In this document: positions 38,434 to 42,473 of the stretch, piece after piece
How the letters are laid out: each line of letters starts with the position of its first letter
Numbering within the stretch: position 1 is the first letter of the stretch
Notes under the pieces: model-generated
Database searches by the model: none
Told to the model about the DNA's origin: nothing
Seen by the model: only the letters and a program-made list of their open reading frames with translations
Made by a program: the position numbers and the translations under genes
DNA from: a virus
Taxonomy: Duplodnaviria; Caudoviricetes
Length of the DNA stretch: 42,473 nucleotides
Strand: one strand, 5' to 3'
Virus record (IMG/VR): IMGVR_UViG_3300038492_000068
Coordinates: 1 to 42,473 of that record

Positions 38434-38510
38434 TGGAGCCCCAGCTCGGAATCGCGCCGAGTTCCCCTGTTTACAAGACAGGGCATCATCTAATAAATGC
38501 TTCGTGAGGC
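38434..38510 (-). tRNA. tRNA-Thr(UGU)
   Basis: Anticodon arm CCUGU-CUUGUAA-ACAGG; encoded CCA; T-loop CGCGAUU; bulged acceptor stem. Confidence 0.8.
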
Positions 38511-38515
38511 ATATT

Positions 38516-38588
38516 TGGCAGAGCGTGAGGGATTCGAACCCCCTCAGTAAGCGTTTGGAGTGCCACCCGGACCGATCCTGTACGCCCT
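38516..38588 (-). tRNA. tRNA-Trp(CCA)
   Basis: A1-U72, G73, loop CUCCAAA, T-loop UUCGAAU; weak anticodon stem. Confidence 0.7.
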
Positions 38589-38594
38589 ATAATT

Positions 38595-38682
38595 TGGAGG
38601 AAGGCAAGAGAGTCGAACTCTTACAGCCCGTCAGGGCCATCACGGGGTTCAAGCCCGATAAGCACGCCACATGCGGCCTTCC
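38595..38682 (-). tRNA. tRNA-Ser(UGA)
   Basis: GGAAGGC acceptor, long variable arm, loop CUUGAAC, CCA. Confidence 0.85.
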
Positions 38683-38683
38683 T

Positions 38684-38758
38684 TGGTGGAGCCAGATGGT
38701 ATCGCGCCATCCTCTTCAGTGTTTCAAACTGACGCTAATCTATCTCAGCTACAGCTCC
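38684..38758 (-). tRNA. tRNA-Phe(GAA)
   Basis: UCAGU-UUGAAAC-ACUGA; A73; T-loop CGCGAUA. Confidence 0.85.
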
Positions 38759-38759
38759 T

Positions 38760-38832
38760 TGGTACTCCGTCACGGTTACGCTCCGCGCACCCCTTCCTTG
38801 TAAGAGATGGGTCTGGACCTAGCAGTCGGAGT
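38760..38832 (-). tRNA. tRNA-Val(UAC)
   Basis: Loop CUUACAA, A73, T-loop AGCGUAA; irregular D arm. Confidence 0.7.
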
Positions 38833-38836
38833 AAAT

Positions 38837-38911
38837 TGGTTGCCACGGTTGGATTTGCACCAACGTCCGTCGGTTATCAGCCGACTGCTACGCTAACTCA
38901 GCTACGCGGCA
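38837..38911 (-). tRNA. tRNA-Ile(GAU)
   Basis: GUCGG-CUGAUAA-CCGAC; A73; T-loop UGCAAAU. Confidence 0.85.
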
Positions 38912-38912
38912 G

Positions 38913-38984
38913 TGGTAGCGGGTACCGGTAACGCTCCGGTCTATCTGAGGTTATGGGCCTCTGACGGTCTCTTGACCACCCGCA
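38913..38984 (-). tRNA. tRNA-Met(CAU), initiator-like
   Basis: Loop CCCAUAA; U1xU72 mismatch; GCGGG acceptor; A73; T-loop AGCGUUA. Confidence 0.7.
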
Positions 38985-38989
38985 TCAAT

Positions 38990-39073
38990 TGGAACACGAG
39001 ACGGGATTCGAACCCGCGAACCTTTCGGGCTGGGGTGAAGGCCCAGCTTCTTTAGCCACTTGAATACTCGTGT
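38990..39073 (-). tRNA. tRNA-Glu(UUC) with enlarged variable region
   Basis: CUGGG-CCUUCAC-CCCAG; variable region CCGAAAGG hairpin; 84 nt. Confidence 0.7.
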
Positions 39074-39077
39074 ATGT

Positions 39078-39153
39078 TGGAGCGAGCGGAGGGAATCGAA
39101 CCCTGCCCAGCATGGCTTGGAAGGCCAGCGCTACGACCCGCGTAGACGCCCGC
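39078..39153 (-). tRNA. tRNA-Gly(UCC)
   Basis: GCGGGCG acceptor, U73, loop CUUCCAA. Confidence 0.85.
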
Positions 39154-39158
39154 ATGTT

Positions 39159-39235
39159 TGGCAGCTCCGACGGGAATCGAACCCGCCTCCTTCCTCCTAG
39201 ACAGGGAGGTGTACTCGCCAGAATACTACGAAGCT
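39159..39235 (-). tRNA. tRNA-Asp(GUC)
   Basis: CCUCC-CUGUCUA-GGAGG; G73. Confidence 0.85.
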
Positions 39236-39241
39236 ATTGTT

Positions 39242-39317
39242 TGGCGAGAGCGCAGGACTTCCACCTGTCTATGATCCTTGTCGGGTAATAACCCTTACGG
39301 CTTAGCATTGTACTCTC
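39242..39317 (-). ncRNA. Degenerate tRNA-like element, anticodon unclear
   Basis: GAGAGU/GCUCUC acceptor, T-arm CAGG-UGGAAGU-CCUG, CCA end, 76 nt; no clean anticodon stem. Confidence 0.5.
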
Positions 39318-39327
39318 TATTGTTTTT

Positions 39328-39405
39328 TGGCTCCCCGTCGTGGACTCGAACCACGCTCTTTCTTGATTAACAGTCAAGCGCCATCTCCCGGACGACTCAC
39401 GAGGA
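39328..39405 (-). tRNA. tRNA-Asn(GUU)
   Basis: UCCUCGU acceptor, G73, CUUGA-CUGUUAA-UCAAG. Confidence 0.88.
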
Positions 39406-39413
39406 ATAATAAT

Positions 39414-39487
39414 TGGAGGTCTCGGTCGGTGCGAGCCGACATCCTCTCGCTTTGCAGGCGAGCGCATATCCTTTCTGCCACGAGACC
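39414..39487 (-). tRNA. tRNA-Cys(GCA)
   Basis: U73; CUCGC-CUGCAAA-GCGAG; 6-nt T-loop CUCGCA. Confidence 0.85.
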
Positions 39488-39488
39488 T

Positions 39489-39575
39489 TGGAGGAGGGCA
39501 CTGGATTCGAACCAGAAGCGTTGCCGCTCGGTACGCTTAGCAGGCGACCCCCGTCACCATCAGGGGTTACCCTCC
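39489..39575 (-). tRNA. tRNA-Ser(GCU)
   Basis: GGAGGGU acceptor, long variable arm, loop CUGCUAA. Confidence 0.85.
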
Positions 39576-39651
39576 AACTTACCTTTTTATGGATCCAGTC
39601 CACCCGATGATCCTCGGGGCGTCGTTTCAGCAGCCGCGCATTCATGAATTT

Positions 39652-39737
39652 TGGTGTAGAGGGCTGGATTTGAACCAACACGGACTAGCCGACCTGTGGG
39701 TTACAACCACGTACCCTACCGAATGGGTGTCCTCTAC
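39652..39737 (-). tRNA. tRNA-Tyr(GUA)
   Basis: Loop UUGUAAC, long variable arm, A73. Confidence 0.85.
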
Positions 39738-39742
39738 TAATT

Positions 39743-39817
39743 TGGTCAGAACGGTAGGACTCGAACCTACAGTATGTGTGTCCAAGACACATGGTTTACC
39801 TGTTAACCGACGCTCTG
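39743..39817 (-). tRNA. tRNA-Pro(UGG)
   Basis: C1-G72, A73, UGUGU-CUUGGAC-ACACA. Confidence 0.85.
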
Positions 39818-39823
39818 ATTGTT

Positions 39824-39898
39824 TGGAAGTCCCGACTGGATTTGCACCAGTAGCGCATGGGTTCAAAGCCCAGCATGTTGCTGTTACACCACGAGACA
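39824..39898 (-). tRNA. tRNA-Gln(UUG)
   Basis: UGGG-CUUUGAA-CCCA; U1xU72; T-loop UGCAAAU. Confidence 0.8.
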
Positions 39899-39904
39899 AT
39901 TATT

Positions 39905-39974
39905 TGGTACCCTAGGCAGGATTCGAACCTACCACCGTCGGCTTAGAAGACCTTGGCCGTCCATCGGCTAGGGT
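39905..39974 (-). tRNA. tRNA-Arg(UCU), short D arm
   Basis: Perfect 7-bp acceptor ACCCUAG/CUAGGGU; loop CUUCUAA; 70 nt. Confidence 0.75.
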
Positions 39975-39975
39975 A

Positions 39976-40016
39976 TGGCGCACCGGTATTGGGTGACCCC
40001 CGGTACAAGGGGCGCG
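39976..40016 (-). ncRNA. 41-nt CCA-ended mini tRNA-like RNA
   Basis: CGCGCCCCUUGUACCGGGGGUCACCCAAUACCGGUGCGCCA fills the slot between two tRNAs; termini can pair. Confidence 0.45.
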
Positions 40017-40017
40017 T

Positions 40018-40090
40018 TGGTGGAGCTACACGGAATCAAACCGTGCCCTCGATCTTGCAAGGATCATGGTGCTACTCATAGACTAGCCCC
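40018..40090 (-). tRNA. tRNA-Ala(UGC)
   Basis: GGGGCUA acceptor with G3-U70, A73, loop CUUGCAA. Confidence 0.88.
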
Positions 40091-40095
40091 TTGAT

Positions 40096-40171
40096 TGGTT
40101 GGAGTGGAGGGACTCTAACCCCCATCTGTCCGGGTAAGAACCGGAAGTAATAACAGTTATACGACACTCCA
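40096..40171 (-). tRNA. tRNA-Lys(CUU)
   Basis: UCCGG-UUCUUAC-CCGGA; A73; T-loop UUAGAGU. Confidence 0.85.
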
Positions 40172-40172
40172 T

Positions 40173-40249
40173 TGGTCGGCCCCGAGGGATTCGAACCCCC
40201 ATCTGCTCGGGTAAAAGCCGAGGGTAATGCGCAATTATACGAGAGACCG
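40173..40249 (-). tRNA. tRNA-Lys(UUU)
   Basis: CUCGG-CUUUUAC-CCGAG; A73; canonical T-loop. Confidence 0.85.
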
Positions 40250-40255
40250 TTGAAT

Positions 40256-40327
40256 TGGACCCCTAGGTAGGATTCGAACCTACAACCCTCGGATTCGTAG
40301 TCCAAGCTCCGTCCATCCGGCTAGGAG
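40256..40327 (-). tRNA. tRNA-Arg(ACG)
   Basis: Loop CUACGAA; canonical T arm; short D arm. Confidence 0.8.
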
Positions 40328-40335
40328 TTGTGCTA

Positions 40336-40384
40336 GGCGGGGAGAGGCCTTCAGCCTCCCATCCCTCTTGCCAGAGGGCCCGCC
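40336..40384 (-). ncRNA. Three-way-junction structured element without CCA
   Basis: GGCGGG/CCCGCC closes hairpins CCCUCU-GGCA-AGAGGG and GGGAGGC-UGAAG-GCCUCUC. Confidence 0.55.
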
Positions 40385-40390
40385 GCGCTT

Positions 40391-40467
40391 TGGTACCCAG
40401 TGCAGGAGTCGAACCTGCAAAATTCTGTTTCTAAGACAGACACGTATGCCAATTCCGTCAACTGGGC
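40391..40467 (-). tRNA. tRNA-Leu(UAG), short variable loop
   Basis: UCUGU-CUUAGAA-ACAGA; A73; 77 nt. Confidence 0.85.
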
Positions 40468-40472
40468 ATTGT

Positions 40473-40543
40473 TGGGGTGAGGCGGAGATTCGAACTCCTC
40501 AGCGTGGGTCACAACCGCGCTTGCTACCCTGAGCTACCTCAAC
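40473..40543 (-). tRNA. tRNA-His(GUG)
   Basis: G-1:C73; CGCGG-UUGUGAC-CCACG; 5' end overlaps the methyltransferase stop codon. Confidence 0.75.
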
Positions 40544-41099
40544 TCGTTGCCACCTTGAAAGTGGCTACCATACCTTTCTTCTCCCAGTCCTCAATCACGT
40601 AGTGCTTTCTGAGGACAGACAGCCACCATTCGGCAGGCTGCACTGTAAGATGTAAAGGCTCATCGGTAAACTTTCCGTTATCTTTATGAAGGAAGATTCG
40701 GTAGTAAATTTTATCACAGTGATTACGCACTCTGCGGAAGACAGCATTGACCTTATTCTCCGGTATATGCTCCATCACGTCACAGCAGAATCCGTAGTCA
40801 TAATGCTCGGGAAGGTCTAGCTCCCAGAGGCACTGCTGGTAGAACGGGAGCTTGACACTCTCATCCCTGCAATTATATGCGTGGTCAACCATGTGGACGT
40901 GTGCGTGTCCTGCTTCGGAGATGGCTCGGGCTGCCTGCCCTGTGCCACACCCCAAATCCACCACGGAACCTTGTCCTCCAGTCCACTCTAGGAAGTCGGG
41001 GACACTGAGTCTGCCCGGACTGATTCGGCTGTAGTCCGGATTGTCCCACACCTTCTCGTATTTTTCTCGTTCTACTTGTTCAAGTGAGTCTGAGGACAT
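40539..41099 (-). CDS. Class I SAM-dependent methyltransferase
   Basis: Motif I VVDLGCGTG; FCCDVMEHIP; HLTVQPAEWW. Confidence 0.85.
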   Translation of the reverse strand: MSSDSLEQVEREKYEKVWDNPDYSRISPGRLSVPDFLEWTGGQGSVVDLGCGTGQAARAISEAGHAHVHMVDHAYNCRDESVKLPFYQQCLWELDLPEHYDYGFCCDVMEHIPENKVNAVFRRVRNHCDKIYYRIFLHKDNGKFTDEPLHLTVQPAEWWLSVLRKHYVIEDWEKKGMVATFKVATS

Positions 41100-41653
41100 C
41101 CGTCAATTCTCATGCTATCGGGTGTGATTTCAACGAGGCCGGGCGCGTCCTTATATCGGGACAAGACATCCTCTTCCGTGAAGAGTTCTTCCAGCTTATC
41201 CCAGCGCCCGTCAAAATCAGCAATAATGGCGGGGAGTTTGATACCCAGCTTCCGCGCGATCCACAGGCGACTTGTCCCGTAGCGGCAGAAGGTGCCCTCA
41301 GGGAGGCTGAGAGCGAAGATTGGGTTACGTACTCCTTCTTCTTTTAGAGAGGTCTCCAGTTTAGAATAGAAACCTGTCTTGGCCTCCAGTTCACGCATGT
41401 GAGCTGCGCAAGGTCTGAGGGCTCGGGTCCCGTGTTCGCCGACGGGGTTGCCGTAGGCTGGGTTTTTCCACACGAGAACCCTCTGTTCGAAATCTTTTGG
41501 GTTCATCACGCCGTAGCGGATGGTATAGGCACGCTCCGCGCGATTTTTTCCGGTTTTATTCTTTTTCGTTTCTCCCGAAACCTGTCGGTTTCGAGCTTCT
41601 CGCTTCTGCATCGCTCTTTCTGCGACTTCTTGCGGTGTTAATGCTCTGGGCAT
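41072..41653 (-). CDS. Hypothetical protein, possibly with a ParB/Srx-like domain
   Basis: LETSLKEEGVRNPI...YGTSRLWIARKLG resembles the ParB-N pattern L..SI...G...PI...DG..R..A...LG. Confidence 0.5.
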   Translation of the reverse strand: MPRALTPQEVAERAMQKREARNRQVSGETKKNKTGKNRAERAYTIRYGVMNPKDFEQRVLVWKNPAYGNPVGEHGTRALRPCAAHMRELEAKTGFYSKLETSLKEEGVRNPIFALSLPEGTFCRYGTSRLWIARKLGIKLPAIIADFDGRWDKLEELFTEEDVLSRYKDAPGLVEITPDSMRIDGCPQTHLNK

Positions 41654-41740
41654 ATACTCTCTCCCTGTTTGCCTCTCGGTGAGCGTCCTCTCTCATAAGG
41701 CTTTCCTCCTTGATGAGACGCTTGTACCAATAGGGCAGGC

Positions 41741-42040
41741 TCATTCGTGGTTACGAGGGTCTGGGAGAAGCTCTCCCGTACTGATATTGACGTATTTGGG
41801 GTCCCACTCGTGTGTGGGAGGCACGACAAGACACTGCATAGGGTCGTGGCCTGACGGAATTGGCTGGTCTTTGAGGATGTAGCCGGGAGAACACACAACA
41901 GTGGTTCCATCCTTCATGTGCAGCAAGGCGACACCATCGACATAGGCCGGAACACCGTCTGCCCTACTGCCCTTGATGTGCCCGCAGGAGATTACAACCA
42001 CCGCGAACACAAAGTACATCCAAAACCTGTTAAAAATCAC
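41741..42040 (-). CDS. Hypothetical secreted/membrane protein
   Basis: N-terminal hydrophobic segment ending in ISC; GTGA overlap with the upstream gene. Confidence 0.6.
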   Translation of the reverse strand: MIFNRFWMYFVFAVVVISCGHIKGSRADGVPAYVDGVALLHMKDGTTVVCSPGYILKDQPIPSGHDPMQCLVVPPTHEWDPKYVNISTGELLPDPRNHE

Positions 42041-42429
42041 TCCACTTCCTCAAATTCTGCGTCTTCGATCACCTCTCCTGTCACCAGGGGGGTCTTTTCA
42101 AGCTCTCCGATGGAGATGTTGAGCGTCAGTCCGCCCTTCTTACTGGCTTCGGAGGGGTCCACAGCCTTCGAGGCAGGGATTACACGGTCCAGAACCAGTT
42201 TGATTGCTTGCATGTCGCCTTCGTGGGCCTTCTCGAACAGCACATCGAAGGTTTTCTTGATGTTCTTCTCTGCAATCTGTTCAAACTTGCCTTGCATCAG
42301 CTCTCTGAACAGTGTTGTCTTGTTCTTTGCACCCGGAGGTCGGCCGGGTCTCTTCTTCACAGGGGCCTTAATTTCCTGTTCTTCTTCTTCACTACCCAAA
42401 ACGGGCTCTAAAGTATTGTTTTTACTCAT
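42037..42429 (-). CDS. Putative terminase small subunit
   Basis: GRPPGAKNK, A.EGDMQAIKLVLDR.IP, C-terminal IEDAEFEEV; heads the late operon. Confidence 0.7.
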   Translation of the reverse strand: MSKNNTLEPVLGSEEEEQEIKAPVKKRPGRPPGAKNKTTLFRELMQGKFEQIAEKNIKKTFDVLFEKAHEGDMQAIKLVLDRVIPASKAVDPSEASKKGGLTLNISIGELEKTPLVTGEVIEDAEFEEVE

Positions 42430-42456
42430 GTTTTTCCCTTATGGTTCTCCCCCCCT

Positions 42457-42473
42457 GATCGTGACTGGGAAAC
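42457..42473 (-). other. Random-amplification (round A/B, SISPA-type) primer tag; technical artefact
   Basis: Reverse complement is GTTTCCCAGTCACGATC, located at the extreme contig end. Confidence 0.85.

Noticed and set aside
38595-38682. Selenocysteine tRNA
   Set aside because: The anticodon is UGA (reads UCA, Ser), not UCA, and the acceptor stem is a normal 7 bp.
38286-40305. ORFs listed across the tRNA array
   Set aside because: They overlap well-formed tRNA genes and show no protein motifs.
40391-40467. Amber suppressor tRNA / stop-codon recoding
   Set aside because: CTA on the + strand is the codon sense; the gene is on the minus strand with anticodon UAG (Leu). Core ORFs are intact in the standard code and use TAG, TGA and TAA as stops.
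38434-40543. CRISPR-like repeat array (recurring GGATTCGAACC and TTGG)
   Set aside because: The recurrences are tRNA T-arms and CCA ends, not identical direct repeats with spacers.

Overview
A near-complete ~42.5 kb lytic podovirus-type dsDNA phage genome. It has two convergent arms meeting at a bidirectional terminator (~20.13-20.16 kb), an organisation resembling LUZ24/PaP3-type phages, with a phiEco32-like ligase cluster and sigma factor. The + arm carries early genes, a COOH-NH2 ligase/amidoligase/glutamine amidotransferase/ATP-grasp cluster, primase-helicase, a trypsin-like protease, a split family-A DNA polymerase, a sigma factor, nucleases and nucleotide enzymes. The - arm carries terminase, portal, scaffold, capsid, tail, three tandem paralogous tail-appendage genes, ejection proteins and lysis genes. 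Two non-coding features stand out. (1) A 2.1 kb array between the small and large terminase genes holds 23 CCA-encoding tRNA genes covering all 20 amino acids, many with co-varying non-canonical D/T-loop elbows, plus several miniature or degenerate tRNA-like RNAs, and abuts a SAM-methyltransferase gene. (2) A ~500 nt, densely hairpinned, ORF-free segment (1359-1859) lies downstream of a consensus sigma-54 motif, two DnaA boxes and an IHF site, and is a candidate large ncRNA. The last 17 nt are a random-amplification primer tag. All calls were made by eye from motifs and hand folding; no database search or folding program was run.
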